Shown here piece by piece: positions 35,881 to 48,540 of a DNA stretch of 64,000 nt. The notes under the pieces were generated by a model. That model was not told where the DNA came from. It made no database searches and was given only the letters and a program-made list of their open reading frames with translations. The position numbers and the translations under genes are program-made. The stretch spans positions 62,001 to 126,000 of the forward strand of contig MCFE01000216.1 in assembly GCA_002104905.1 (NCBI GenBank). Reading direction: 5' to 3'. Each line of letters starts with the position of its first letter. Position 1 is the stretch's first letter. Origin of the DNA: Basidiobolus meristosporus CBS 931.73. Its lineage: Eukaryota > Fungi > Basidiobolomycota.

Positions 35881-36315
35881 ATGCGGGCCCCTACATGTCT
35901 AGCTCTTCTAGTGGTTTCCATGAGTGGTGTGGTTCAATCACTGTTAGATGAGAGTTTACTATATCATTACTTGGCAAGCCAACACAAAGCGCCCAGCGCT
36001 TTATATTACGGTACAAAATCCAACCTGCCAGAATGGTCCTCTCTGCGTCCTGAAATAACGCTTGCTGATAAGATAGAGGACTTGAAGGCAGATATCTTGA
36101 AAAAAATGATCCTTCTTCAGGTTCATAAGGTGGCCCAGGACAGGCTGACTCAGGATAAAAAGAACCGTGTAGCATATTTGAAGAAGACTCTTTCGAGGTA
36201 TAGAAAATTCTACAAGGATGGTTACTCGACTAAGAAGGGGAAGAAGAAGTCAGGCAAGCCATCGAATGAGCCTCTTGACAAAGCGTTGGAGGTTTTGGAA
36301 TCCTACCTATCTTAA
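35881..36315 (+). CDS. Small putatively secreted Lys-rich protein of unknown function
   Basis: 144-aa ORF with ATG and hydrophobic signal-like N-terminus; no recognised family. Confidence 0.55.
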   Translation: MRAPTCLALLVVSMSGVVQSLLDESLLYHYLASQHKAPSALYYGTKSNLPEWSSLRPEITLADKIEDLKADILKKMILLQVHKVAQDRLTQDKKNRVAYLKKTLSRYRKFYKDGYSTKKGKKKSGKPSNEPLDKALEVLESYLS

Positions 36316-37419
36316 CAGTACTGATGCTATTGAGTAGGTGATGTAACGAAATTCTTTGTAATAAATGTAGTATCGTATAGTCATTGCTTGTGACTGGACT
36401 TCCGGTAAATCACGTGATGCATGATCGAATCTCAGTACCAGTTGACCAACCAGCCTAGTTACATCTACCGTTGATTCCATGCCTGTTACAGTGAGAGCTG
36501 CATGCTAGTCTACGCGGGAGTAACCTCTTCAAATAATCGGTCTTAATGACAGCCTCTACATGCATGGTGAATAGAAGATGGAGACATGACAAGAGCGATT
36601 ATCAGCGAAAGAATTGATGATTTGCCAAATTTTACTCACAGCTTGTGCATGAAACAAGGGGGTGTAAGACTTGGCCAAGCACCAGGGTGATCACATAGTG
36701 AATTGACATTTGTCAGATTTTCCCCATGATAAACAAATAACCAAATAACAAAATGCCTCCTGAAACTCAATATCAATTTACTTCGTGCTCGCTTGAAACC
36801 AGAATTCAGCCATTCCGCTTCATTAGTCTATTTCCTCTCCAGTTGCCATACTCCATCTTTGAGGCCCATCGAGTGACCATGCACGGAGAATTGTTGCCCT
36901 CTTCCTCCAATGCTACCATACTTGATACATAATGGCCACTTCTTCTACCAGGGTGCGGACAGGTAGCGTGACCCTGTACTTACATAAAGTAATGTGTTAC
37001 GAAAGGAGGGTATCAATCACTCTCCTGAGTTCGGAAAAGAACTAATCTGGTCATGTTCTTGTGTACCAAGGAGAGGGTGTTTCGCCGAACCAGTTGTGAC
37101 CAAAAGAAAGTTAAATTGGCAGTGCTGTAGAAAGTGGTTTACCAATTGTAATGTCCTCTTCATCTGGTACTCATTGCCTAGTTTGGTGAAATATTCCTCA
37201 ATACTGCCTTCTCTCACCGCCAACCCCCCTCTGAATTGAAGCAATTTCAGCATCGCTGGATTCGAGCCTCCATAGCAATGTCAGACTGGTGAAGTTGAAA
37301 TTGAAATCGAAGCCACGAATGGAAACATCTCCCTCCTATTTCACTCTTGCGTCGACTACATCGAGGCTATTTAACCAACCCATTCCACCTGGGGTTCTTG
37401 GATTTTTCGTTTCCTCGCA

Positions 37420-38823
37420 ATGGCACGATCCGCAGCCGGGGTTTCTTCAGTTGTGTATACCGCATATAGCATCTACCTTGTCTCGGTTCTTGCTACCAGC
37501 TTTTATTTCTGGAAGTATCGGGATCATCCTGGTGTACGATCAAGAAGTATTCCCATCACCTTTATTGGAGTGGTGGCCAGTTTTTTCCTCTCCAGTGTCT
37601 ATCTTGTGGGCCCACAAACCCAATTCCTTCCCTGCTTTGTTACACTATGGAGTGGCTCTATTCTCACTCCGATCATTCTATTGTCCACCATCGGGAAGTT
37701 TCTCAGAGTTGCTTTTCTCTATCGAACCTCCCTGAGCAAACTGAAGGCCGAACGTTTACGGTTTGAGGAGCAGAAAGAGAAGAACAAGGCTTCTTCCATC
37801 TCATCGCAAAAAGAACAACTATTCGAGCCTTCGGACATCCTGTTGACAGTTGACTCCTCTACCAACCTAAAATCCAACTCCGAGGTGGAGTTCAATGGCT
37901 CGTGGCTGCATAATCACTCGTATATCTTTGAGGACCGGTTCCTAATCCGACTTCTTGTGGGCTTTACCCTTTTGCACGTGATCATGACCGTGGTGATTCA
38001 GTGCTTGACTGTGGACTACGGCTTCTCCGCTCCATTGAGAGACGATTGTCTATCCGGATGGGAGTTCATTCCGGTGTATGTCGTGGGGTCCTGTGAGATT
38101 TTCGTCCTGGGCCCGATTGTAATCCAGTACATCCGTGGTGTGACGGATGCCTACAGCATTGTGAAAGAGCTGGTGATGGTTGTGTTGACCACGGGGGTGG
38201 GAATGTGCCTGTATCTGGTCTTTGCTTACGTTCCCCCGGTATACGATGTAAGATACACCATACCCGTCGGAGTGTGGGGCTTCACTACTTTATGGAGTAT
38301 CCATCTGTTAAACTGCGGGCTACCACTGCTTGAGATTTATATGACCAACCAGCGCTCAAAGAACCTACCTCGAGATAGAAAACATCCATCCTTCGAAGAA
38401 GTCCTTGACCATCCGGTCCTCTTTGAGAAGTTCAAGGCTTTCTCCGTTAAAGACTTCAGTGTAGAGAACACGTTGTTCTACGAACGTTACGTACGACTCA
38501 AGACCACCCCCTCTATTCTGGTGAAGAATTTCCTTGCCAGGGGATTGCCGAGCGAAATTCAGAATGAACTATACTCGATATACAACACGTTCATCAGAGA
38601 TGATTCCGAATACCAGGTGAATCTGCGGGGAGAAACGCTCCGAGAAATTGAGCTTCGCATCCGGGACAAGGACTACTCCATAGATATGTTCGAGACTGCA
38701 TTGACCGAGGTAAAATTGCTGATGTACCAACACACTTTTAAGCGATACCTACAACAGGAGTTCCAGCCGATAACCGGTTATCAAAACAACCAGGATTACG
38801 AATTGCATAGTATATTAGTATAA
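37420..38823 (+). CDS. 7TM receptor-like protein fused to a C-terminal RGS domain (GprK/RGS1-like), intronless
   Basis: About seven hydrophobic helices, then SFEEVLDHP..FKAFSVKDFSVENTLFYE..IYNTFI...SEYQVNL..F..ALTEVKLLMYQHTFKRY (RGS). Confidence 0.88.
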   Translation: MARSAAGVSSVVYTAYSIYLVSVLATSFYFWKYRDHPGVRSRSIPITFIGVVASFFLSSVYLVGPQTQFLPCFVTLWSGSILTPIILLSTIGKFLRVAFLYRTSLSKLKAERLRFEEQKEKNKASSISSQKEQLFEPSDILLTVDSSTNLKSNSEVEFNGSWLHNHSYIFEDRFLIRLLVGFTLLHVIMTVVIQCLTVDYGFSAPLRDDCLSGWEFIPVYVVGSCEIFVLGPIVIQYIRGVTDAYSIVKELVMVVLTTGVGMCLYLVFAYVPPVYDVRYTIPVGVWGFTTLWSIHLLNCGLPLLEIYMTNQRSKNLPRDRKHPSFEEVLDHPVLFEKFKAFSVKDFSVENTLFYERYVRLKTTPSILVKNFLARGLPSEIQNELYSIYNTFIRDDSEYQVNLRGETLREIELRIRDKDYSIDMFETALTEVKLLMYQHTFKRYLQQEFQPITGYQNNQDYELHSILV

Positions 38824-39190
38824 TAGGACTTTTTTGGTAGCCACAAATTTTGTTGGATAGCATTTAATCTCTTTGTCAGTCTTATTAATCAACCACCGTA
38901 ACTCCCATATTGAGTTTCTAAGATAAAGCTTCCGGAAACATGCTGGGCTGCCTGCTGATTAGTGCGTCTCAGGATCACTGCTTTCCTTCCTGATTCAAGG
39001 GGTCACTTGAACATTGTGATGCATTGTAATTGTCATCCTACTCCATCATGCTAGATTTGGCCTGACATTAAATTAAAGCGCAGCATTGCGGATGAGTTCT
39101 AATCATATTCTCAGAATATGGGGTTTATTTATGGACATTTCGAGCTACTTCTCTATGTTTCTATATCTATTCGCCCAGACTGGTGGGTGG

Positions 39191-39781
39191 CTATTTGATG
39201 AAAGACGTGGTAGATCCAGCCGAGGTTCCTGAAAGGGTGGTTCTAACAGAGCAGCCCGAGGAGGCTTGGTCTGAGTTCCTTAGAGGTCCATCCAGCAGGG
39301 TTTTGTAGAGCCATCTGTCGAGGATTTTCAGCGCGATCATCACGAAGAGTCCGCTGTTGAGCGCGCCTTCGTACAGATCTATGGTAAAAGATTTTCTACC
39401 GTAAATGACGACAGTGTTTATCTCCGCAACCAGGGTTCCATCGCAGGCATAACATTGTGGAGCAAGTCCGTCCAGAATCCAGCTGAAGTGTTCCTCGTCT
39501 ACGGTGAAGTCACATTTGCTACTATTAGTCCACTGCATAACCACAGGACTTTGCATTCCAAGTTGATCCTCCAATCTGGTGGAATCTAAACTACTCGTGC
39601 TTTGCCAGGCGACTACCTTTCCTTCGACTTTTGTGAGAAGGTCCCTTCCAGAGTTGTCCATATATCGTTGCTTGGTGTATAGTAGCTCCTCAGTCGCGGG
39701 ATTGCGAAGCTCATAGAATCCCTTGAACACTCCCGGCTTGACTAGATACACGCTACTACAGGAGCTAGAAATGCTTGGCAT
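39191..39781 (-). CDS. Hypothetical protein (possible tubby/LURP-like beta-barrel)
   Basis: 196-aa intronless ORF with alternating beta-strand pattern and a C-terminal hydrophobic helix; the family call is weak. Confidence 0.5.
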   Translation of the reverse strand: MPSISSSCSSVYLVKPGVFKGFYELRNPATEELLYTKQRYMDNSGRDLLTKVEGKVVAWQSTSSLDSTRLEDQLGMQSPVVMQWTNSSKCDFTVDEEHFSWILDGLAPQCYACDGTLVAEINTVVIYGRKSFTIDLYEGALNSGLFVMIALKILDRWLYKTLLDGPLRNSDQASSGCSVRTTLSGTSAGSTTSFIK

Positions 39782-40405
39782 GGTTTCTTATCTAAAGAGA
39801 TTGAATGAAGTCCTCCGGGGGATTTATATGATCACGACGGACGATAGCAGTTCCACGAGGCCTTTTAAATAGAATGAGTGTACACTTACCAAAACCGGTT
39901 TTACTTGACTGGTTTTGCTTTTTTGCCCCTGTGTTCTCTCCTATCTAACACGCTTCCAGTCCATGATATGATGAAGGCATGCACGGAGCGCAATTGATGC
40001 AGCATTTTATTTGAATCCGATTCAGTTGTGCCTTCGCGAACAGCCACATCCAGCTTAACACCAAGTCTAATTGTCCAAAAATGGATCACACATCCTGCTA
40101 GCTACGTGTCAGCAAGGATTGTGTTCCTTGTATTGTACCATAACGTGGCTACAAAGGCGATTAATTTCTTAACAAGGTGACCCCACTACTTGGGATCTCA
40201 GACCCGGACTCTTCTTGGATCAACATGACCATCATGATCCGACACCTGATCACAACCTCAGCCCTGCATGACTTCATCTGGGTCCCAACGATTAGGTTCC
40301 CAGAGATCGGCAAGGCCGTTTGGCCGAATCGGTGTCCGTCCAATTCCGAAAATGGTTCCAACAAAGAGGGAGATCACCCAAAATAGGGAAGGCCATGCGA
40401 CACTC

Positions 40406-41422
40406 CTACTGGGAATCATCGACTGTTTTATTCAGAATCAAGCATATACCATACAATTCACAAAAACGTTGAGAATTCAGTGAACCCACATACTTTTGGA
40501 ATAGGTCATCAATGAGCGCTGGATGGTTGCCTTGTTGACATGTCTGCACCCCAATCTCCATCCATTGAAGGTACTTCTGTATGTTGGATTCTCGGACCCC
40601 CACCAACTCGCATATCTCCTCCGTCTCCAAACATTCGTGCGCCCTTAGGATCATATGAGGCTTCCCCTTTTTAATCCCCTTGCCGTTGGAGAGGAAACGA
40701 TAAGGACGCATGATAAAACTCATACCATGCTTAAGGTTGTTGGGTTTACTTGAATTCAACGACAAGCCAATTCTAGGTGATTCCAGGAGTTTGGTCGGTT
40801 GTATTAGTTCACTGCTAGGGTTTAGTTCCAAGCCTAAGATATGAGTGGACTTGGGACTGCTACGCCAACCCTTCGGTAATATTGCCGAAAGCTCAGGGTC
40901 GAGCTGCTCCACCAAGTCACTGATCGACTTGTTTCCAGTGACTTTGAGTATGTGGTCCACACATAGTGAGGGTCCTTCAATAATCCCAAGTCCGCTTTTT
41001 CTGACACTTTTTTCTGCCCTTGGAACGTTTGATACGACCAATTCTATACTTCGTATCAGAAAGGCAAAGGTCACATTGGGATCAGTCGATAATGTGAGGT
41101 CGAGCCCCTTGTAGGTACCCCCACGATATTTTGCCGTATCACTGGAACCAGCCCGGTGAAAATACCACCGCCCAAACAAACTTTGCAACGTTTGCTCGTG
41201 GGTAAACGGGTCGGGATGGTTCTCACTGCGGATATAAAACTCGCCTTCCAGGATTCTATAGGGGTTTCCCTTAATAAACAAGATAGACTTTCCCAGTATT
41301 ATCTGAGCCAGTTTGTGCAACTTCTTCTGAACATTTCCTTTCGTGGAGAGTATACTGTCAACAAGCTTTTGCAACGAGGCTATGGAATTCGAAGGCATTT
41401 TAGGTTGTCCATTTCGCATCAT
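40406..41422 (-). CDS. Distant AAG/MPG-type (3-methyladenine) DNA glycosylase homolog, intronless
   Basis: RILEGEFY, DPFTH, WYF..YRGGTYKG, FLIRSIE, GPSLCVDHIL, SPRIGL and RPYRFL parallel the AAG motifs in the same order. Confidence 0.65.
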   Translation of the reverse strand: MMRNGQPKMPSNSIASLQKLVDSILSTKGNVQKKLHKLAQIILGKSILFIKGNPYRILEGEFYIRSENHPDPFTHEQTLQSLFGRWYFHRAGSSDTAKYRGGTYKGLDLTLSTDPNVTFAFLIRSIELVVSNVPRAEKSVRKSGLGIIEGPSLCVDHILKVTGNKSISDLVEQLDPELSAILPKGWRSSPKSTHILGLELNPSSELIQPTKLLESPRIGLSLNSSKPNNLKHGMSFIMRPYRFLSNGKGIKKGKPHMILRAHECLETEEICELVGVRESNIQKYLQWMEIGVQTCQQGNHPALIDDLFQKYVGSLNSQRFCELYGICLILNKTVDDSQ

Positions 41423-42336
41423 CACCCAAAGGATTTTCCATCGAGCCAGTCACGTGTCCAATGTATCTGTAAACAAGAATGATGATAAATTACCACCATA
41501 TTACCATTGCTTTCCGTATATGGGACTCGCAATGATCCTACCATGGTATGCTGGTATCTATGGATTGGCCCAACCCTCCCCTCTCTCTTATTTCACACAC
41601 CTATTTTTAGCCAAATGACTTCAATCTACAACCGATTCCACCGGGAATATTACATATCCTTTTCCCCCTATAGTAGACAACAGCATGTATGTGTAAACTT
41701 CAAAGGTGTTGCTTTATACAGAAGTTGCTGTTTTACTGTAGCGCTTACACCTAGCGTCAGTTGGTTGTTTTTCTCTCAAGAAGTAAATCAAAAAGGGGGA
41801 TTTGTCTTACTGTCATTAGATTTGTACACATCTATTAATAACCTTTCAAGCTTGTGTCTCCCTTCCGCTCACAATAGTAGGCTAGGATTTTTAGGGACAC
41901 TAAGCAGAGATGTGTCACAAGTAATCTCCATCGTATCATCCACTAGAGCAGTTTTAGTAAGGTATGTTCGCCGGCATCGGGTGTCCGGGAGGATGAAATT
42001 GTAGTTTTGGGCAGCAAGCTCCTTGGACTCTGTAAAATGCCAGGAATATCCATATTTATTCATACAGAGATGAGGAGCGTTCAATTGAAGAGGCCAACAG
42101 TGAGCAGGATATATTGTTGAATCGAGTCAACAATTGTCAGTGCATTCCCAAATTAGACTAATCGGGGTTCTTTCTTCCGAATCATGTTGTTGTGGCTTTC
42201 TGATCTTGAAGTACAGATATACCTCGAATGAGCCCCAATGCTACCGTCGAATCACTATAAAATGAGGCTGATCCCAGCGGTGGGCCCAACTGGACCTGAT
42301 GTATTTATTGTTGTGCCTATTCTCGACCCCACCAAG

Positions 42337-43305
42337 ATGACTGAAAAAAGGATTTCCCTTGAAATCTATCCCTTGGAAGATTCCTTCACCCTCTCCAACC
42401 ATTCTCCCCAGGAGACCAGTACACTCCGTGGCCAGGTTGCCCTGCGCCTCGAAAAGCCTACCAAATTCTATTCTCTGTCTCTTCAACTTAAAGGCTACAC
42501 GGAAGCTTCAAGCGCTGGCTGGAAGCCACCCACACTAAAGCACTTGGCTCGGCACAAATTGGTCGATACCACCGTTAGCATCTTCAAATCCGTCAAAGAT
42601 TCATATATGTTGAAATCGGGTACTCACGTGTTCGATTTCGAACTTCCCGTAAGTAACCATCTTCCGGAAACGGTCAATTCGAACTATTTCAACATCAAGT
42701 ACAAATTGGTGGCGATGGCGAAACGTCCCCTGTCGGCCAACGTCATGGCCAGCAAGCCCGTCGTTATCTCCAGACTTTCCAATGAAACGGAGGAGGTCGA
42801 AACCTCCATTTCGATCTCCAAGATGTGGCAGCATGTAATGGGATACGATATTTCCATGAATAAGCAAGTGTGTCTTGGAGAGAATGTCCCGATCGAGTAT
42901 TCATTAAGACCAGTCAAAAGCGGAGTGAGAGTTATCAAATTTGCCTATACCTTGTGTGAGACTGTCCGTTATGTGGACCCCAAAACCAACCACACGAAGG
43001 TCGAGCGTAAACGGGTGCCCCTCGAGACAGAGTCCCATCCTAGCGGACCCAACACGAAGCTTCACCACCTCCAGATACCGAATGATCTGCAACCGGATGT
43101 GGCGAGCGACATGATCTGTGCTGAGCATAAGCTCGAGATCAAAATATTCGTCGACGCTCGTGGGCAGAGGAAATCCATCACTGTCAGCTTCCCGATTAAC
43201 CTCATGAGCGGCCAAGAATTGCTGCTCAATGAGCCATTGCCTCTGTATGAGGCGACAGAATACTCCCGCTCACTCCCGCCTCTCTACAATGCCATCCACG
43301 CTTGA
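42337..43305 (+). CDS. Alpha-arrestin (ART-like) with C-terminal PY motifs, intronless
   Basis: LRGQVALRL, GTHVFDFEL..LPETV..IKYKLVA, arrestin_C region, LPLY and PPLY motifs. The upstream ATG at 42238 is possible. Confidence 0.85.
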   Translation: MTEKRISLEIYPLEDSFTLSNHSPQETSTLRGQVALRLEKPTKFYSLSLQLKGYTEASSAGWKPPTLKHLARHKLVDTTVSIFKSVKDSYMLKSGTHVFDFELPVSNHLPETVNSNYFNIKYKLVAMAKRPLSANVMASKPVVISRLSNETEEVETSISISKMWQHVMGYDISMNKQVCLGENVPIEYSLRPVKSGVRVIKFAYTLCETVRYVDPKTNHTKVERKRVPLETESHPSGPNTKLHHLQIPNDLQPDVASDMICAEHKLEIKIFVDARGQRKSITVSFPINLMSGQELLLNEPLPLYEATEYSRSLPPLYNAIHA

Positions 43306-43964
43306 GACCTGCTGTAAAGTTCCGTTGTATATACCAACCTTCGTCTTCCATACATATTACCATAATTGTGCATTCACCAAATTAATTTCTAATAAAAATC
43401 GAATTCTAGCCATTACAAGACAATCCTCATGGTTCTGATGATTCTTAGGGATTAGCTTCATCCTGGGAAGTGCGGCCATGTGCACCGTAGCACACAGATG
43501 CAAAGAAAAAAATGCAATGCACAGCCCAAACAAATGAAGCGTCTATATGTGACCAATGCACTGCTACCATTTACAGTCCTCCCCCATTCAGCAATCATGA
43601 ATCACCGGACATGTGGAACGTAATACGGAGGTTATTGTCCTCTCCTTGGAAGAAATGTTCTATACATGTGCTTTAGCTATAAAGAGATTTATTCCAGAAT
43701 AGATCTGGAGTTCTGTAGTCATTTGGGATTAGGTATGTATCGCCAATTTCAGCGCATCTAACCCTTCGTAGAAATGCCCCACTCCGGTATCAAAGGTAAT
43801 GGAGGATAGTGCGCATAAAATACCTTCGACATATATTTATTATACATATTTATCTAAGTAGCTGTATGTGGGACAAGATGGAAAAAAAGTCAAGACTGTA
43901 GCATGTAATTAAAGAAGTAAGAAGGTAATTTGACGAAGTGGTCCAAGTCTTCACGCATTCTATT

Positions 43965-46900
43965 CTACTCTTCGGTCTCCATGATTTCCATGCCAGCAGG
44001 ACTGAACAGATCCATGGCATGAAGTGTATAATCCATGATGTATGAGTTGGTAATAAGTTGATCGATTCGGCTGAAGTGTCTTTCGGTGTATGGCAGAATT
44101 CCGTCAAGAAGCTAGATTAATCAACAATGTTAGGACTATTGATGGTGTCGCCTGCCTGGAGATTGTTAAACCTACCTCTTTGATGTTTTTGATTTCCAAC
44201 AACTTCTCGGATGTGTAAGCTCTAAGAATGGCGTTGAGAACAGTCTGGGCAACGGCAGATTGCTTGGCATTCGTATTCCAATCACGAATGTAGGTCAAGA
44301 GCAACTCCAACTGTTCGTTCGATAGTTCGGCTAAGGTGTCATCAATGGCCGAAGCTCCGGTGATGCTCTCGTCGCCTACAATGAAGTTAGAATAGGAAAC
44401 CCCGCGAGACGATGGTCGAGTCTAGTTTACCTTCTGGTCGGTTGTTGATCACTTCGATGAAGATACTAAGGAGGCGCTTAGGCTGGTTAAGGGATAATGC
44501 TAATGCGATGGCGTTGCGGTAATCTTTCTTGACTAGGTAATTGGCAAGATCTTGTTCCTTCAATAGGGTCTCCTCTTGCTCAGCCAATAGTTTCTCTTTT
44601 TCTGCTTCGGTGAAATCTTCCCAGATGTTAATCACAGAATCCGCCCCGCCGGTGGTGATAAACTTTTCATCACTACGGACTTTCAGGGCCCAAACCTGGT
44701 AGGTGGCAACGAGTTAGTTTCCCATGGATATCACTCGCGAATCATGAGATGGATTACCTTCTCTGTGTGATTATCCAAGGTTGCCACACATTCATTATTT
44801 TTGACGGTCCAGATCTTCACAAGTCCATCGGAGGCACAAGAGGCCAACTGGAGGCCGGATGTCAAGAAAGACACCTTCAAGACGGAGTTTGTGTGTCCCT
44901 CGAATGTCTAATTTGGAGATCCGGTTAGAAACTGCCATATCTGGTAGAAAAGATTCGCAAATAAAGTGACCTTTAAGCAAGAGAAGTCATTCATGGACCA
45001 GATCTTGATCGTTTTATCGCCTGAACTGGTAGCGAATACCTGATCAACAGGGGAGAATTGCACACACCAAACACCTCTCTTATGACCACTGCAGGTAGCG
45101 ACCAATTGACCGTCGGCAGCATTCCAGATCTTTCACCGCACGCATACTTCATTAGCACAGAACGTACGGAAAACAAATCTATAATACACATACCTTGGCT
45201 GTCTTATCTTGGGAACCAGTAGCGAAGTACTTATCATTAGGTGCAATAGCAACAGAGTTGATGTCCTTTTCATGAGCCTTGAACGTGTACATGGCATGTG
45301 GTTTGAAGCTGTCATCGGGGTTTTCGAAATCTATTGAAAGAATGAGGAAATTGTAGGAATGTACGTGGCTTCTTGTAACAACTCACCAAGTTCGGAGATA
45401 TCCCAGCATTTGATGGTACGATCTTGACTTCCGGTGATCATGAAATCTGTAGACTTGCGAGAAATGGCCACAGCACCAATGGCCTCAGTGTGGCCAACAC
45501 AAGTACCAACACACTTGAATCGGTCCTCAGCCTCTTCGGCATCCAAGTTTATACTCCAGATACGAGCAGTGTTGTCTTTGGAACCCGATACGAAGAACCC
45601 AGCATCCCTGCGCTCATCCATGCACAGAACAATATCACTGTGTCCATAGAGAATGTCGCAATCGAATTTTTCCAGATTGAAAACACGAATTTGCTCACTG
45701 TTGGTGGCAACAGCAAGGTGGCTCTCATCCTCACCGAGATACGCCAAGTCAATGACCTCTTCATTGTAGCCAACAATTTGGCGTACTCGCTTCAAGCCGG
45801 AGGGAAGATCATAGATGAGGATGTTCTGGTCGTTGGTGACTGCAGCCAAGGTTTGGCTTTGTGTAGAGTAGATTACGTCTACTAGAGTGTGCTTGCTGTT
45901 CTGTTCGGGCTTTTGTGAATGAACTAACTTGCCGGTCTCGAAGTCCCAGAGACGAATCAATCCTGGTAACAGGCTTGTTAATAGAGGCCTCTTGAAGACG
46001 CACAGGTGATAACATACCTTTATCGCCGCCAGTGTAGAAGAGTTGTCTTCCCTTTGGAATGCTGGAATCGTTGAATTCGGTGTCCTCTTTGATCATACCC
46101 ACAGTTTCAATGGTCTACCAACATACATCATGAGAATTACATATAATGCAAAGCCACACGTCGACCACAAACCTCATAGATTGGTAAGGTTCTCTTCAAT
46201 TTGTACTTTTTGAGGTCCCACACATTGACAACCTTGTCTCTGGAACCGGAGATAAGCTGAAGCCCATCGTGGGAAAAGTCCAGCCCACGAATGACACTGA
46301 CGTGGCTTTCGAGAACGGCAAGACACCTAAAGAAGCACGCCAAGGTTTCAGTACAAAGGCAGTATCTCATGTCCTAAAGAAACACTTACTTGCGGCTCAT
46401 CAAATCCCAAACTCGAATGGTGCAATCATCCGAACCAGACACCAAGTGCAGCTGGCCCTTATCGGGATGAAATTTGAGGGCACTAATAACACCACCATGG
46501 CCCTTGAAGTTGTGGGTGCAATAACCCTTATCGATATCCCACACTTTGACGGTACTATCGGCTGATCCAGTAGCCACCAGTGTAGAGGTGGGATCAATTG
46601 CCATGACAATTACAGGCGCTTCATGGCCCTGTGTATGAGGTTTCAAGCGATTATCAGAGTGTGCCCTGTGGTTGATGAAGGTGGTGGTGCTGAACTAACC
46701 TTGAAGCTTCTGGCTATGGTGAAGGTGCTCATGTCCCACACCTTGATCGAAAGACTTCTACTGGCCGAGACTAAATGCTTTCCATCCGGCTTGATGGCAA
46801 AAGTGGTGACGACTTCAGAATCACCGGCCAGACGAGCAACACGTTTTCCACTCTCTAAATCAGTCACTTCCAGATCCTCGCCAACTGTGGTAATCAAGAG

Positions 46901-47077
46901 TTTATCGTCGTTTGTAACATCGCTTTTGCCGCCAGTATAAATCGACTCAATGGTGCGAACTGACTTGAAGCTTTAGGCAGAAGAGATTTAGATTTACCGC
47001 ACCAACCACAAAGATACTTAAAGTGACCCGATTTACCTAGCTTTCAATTGCAACTTTCCTTGGACAGGAGCAACCAT
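43965..47077 (-). CDS. UTP13: U3 snoRNP WD40 protein Utp13/TBL3, multi-exon
   Basis: Many WD repeats ([36 protein letters not shown]) and Utp13 C-terminal [33 protein letters not shown]. Confidence 0.93.
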
Positions 47078-47458
47078 TCTTCACTAAACGGTCTATGGAG
47101 AAAATCTAAGGTTCAACAAAGAGTATCCTACAAAACTTCCCAAAATTTCCAGGAAGTCCTATTCAGCAGGGAAAAAAAAGTCCTTGCACCGATGCAGATG
47201 TGAAGGAATAGTTTAAGCGCCGATCTAAACAGTTTTTTTTGGGTGAGGTGCCAAAGTGAAGTCAAATCTTTTTTTTTCTTTTTTTTTATTTATCAGGACA
47301 TCGATGAAGCCCACTAGTCACAGTGTGATGAAAATGTGGATTAAATGCAATGCGGGAATCAAAATCTGACAATAACAATAAATATACAAGTAACGTTATA
47401 AAATAGCTTAAAATCACTCTAACTTATGCTTGTAATTATGATGTTTATGGAGGAGAGA

Positions 47459-48540
47459 TTAATGCAGGCCAGTGGATTTCAGCAGTACACTTTCGGGCCG
47501 GCTTCTCGTGGTGTTTTGGGACTGACAAAAGCACTCGCACTCACACTCATGCCCTGTCTTCACCTCCACATGCTTCAACTCGTGCGATTCATGCTCGCCA
47601 TTCTCAAGGCCTCGGTACATTGGGTCATTTGCTCGAGTGGAGTTACCGTGCTGATTGGATCGCTTGGAAAGCTCCTCGCTAAACATGCTTGTATTATTTG
47701 CCTGGGAGGTCCTGGTGGTGGATTTCCACAACTGGCTTGTCATAAGACACGAGCCAATGACCGCTGAAATCGGAGGTTAGAGAATGGAATTGATCACCAG
47801 ACACAGAGGTACTGCTTACCTGCGACAGCGAATAGGAGGACTCCAGTTTTGGCTGGCCCATTGATGATGGAGATGGTAACCAATAGAGTAGTAGAGAAGG
47901 TTATGCCAAACATGTAGATCAGCCCATCGTTTATGAGCGACTTCCAGTGAGTGGACTTTGCGCAACTCTGTTGTACTTTCAGCACCCAGAGAAAAATTCC
48001 AGAGTAGAACACGTTGAAGACGATGTCCAGCACTAGCTCCATCAACAGCCAGCGCTCCGGCAATATACTTAGGCAGATCTTTTCCACTTCTACCTTAATA
48101 TGGGCTTCCCCAATGGCTGCCATTAATACCGACCCTATGAAGGCTAGCTCAAGTATTATGTGCATGATTAGCAGCCACAATGGCTTCTGAAGTGCGAAGT
48201 AGGCCTTGACAAACAAGAGGGAATGAAGGCCAATCAATACGCCGATCACAAAGGTTTCTATGATACGCCCTTGAAGCCGACAGTCAGAAAGGGGGTATAT
48301 GTAGCTGAAAAGCGCGGTGGTCATTAGTATCAATCCACACAGCGATTGGAAAAAGCACAGTATTGGGGCGGCAGCGAAGCGTTTCCTCTTTAAGATCAAC
48401 CGAGTAGCATAGAAAAAGTTCGGTAGCATAGCGGTGAACATTACCGCATAGATGAAGGTGAAGAGTTTGGATTGTTGAAATTGAGCGAACACAGCCGATG
48501 CGAGCTCATCAGTAAATTGATCTTCTCTTATCGGAGCCAT
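47459..48540 (-). CDS. Multi-pass (about 7 TM) membrane protein, GPCR-like, one intron (47764-47819)
   Basis: Alternating hydrophobic helices; splicing joins LLFAVA|AVIGSCLMT to a polar C-tail. Confidence 0.7.

Noticed and set aside
36800-36920. GHSMG lipase-like pentapeptide in a short minus-strand frame
   Set aside because: The frame is under 45 codons with no other hydrolase motifs; likely chance.
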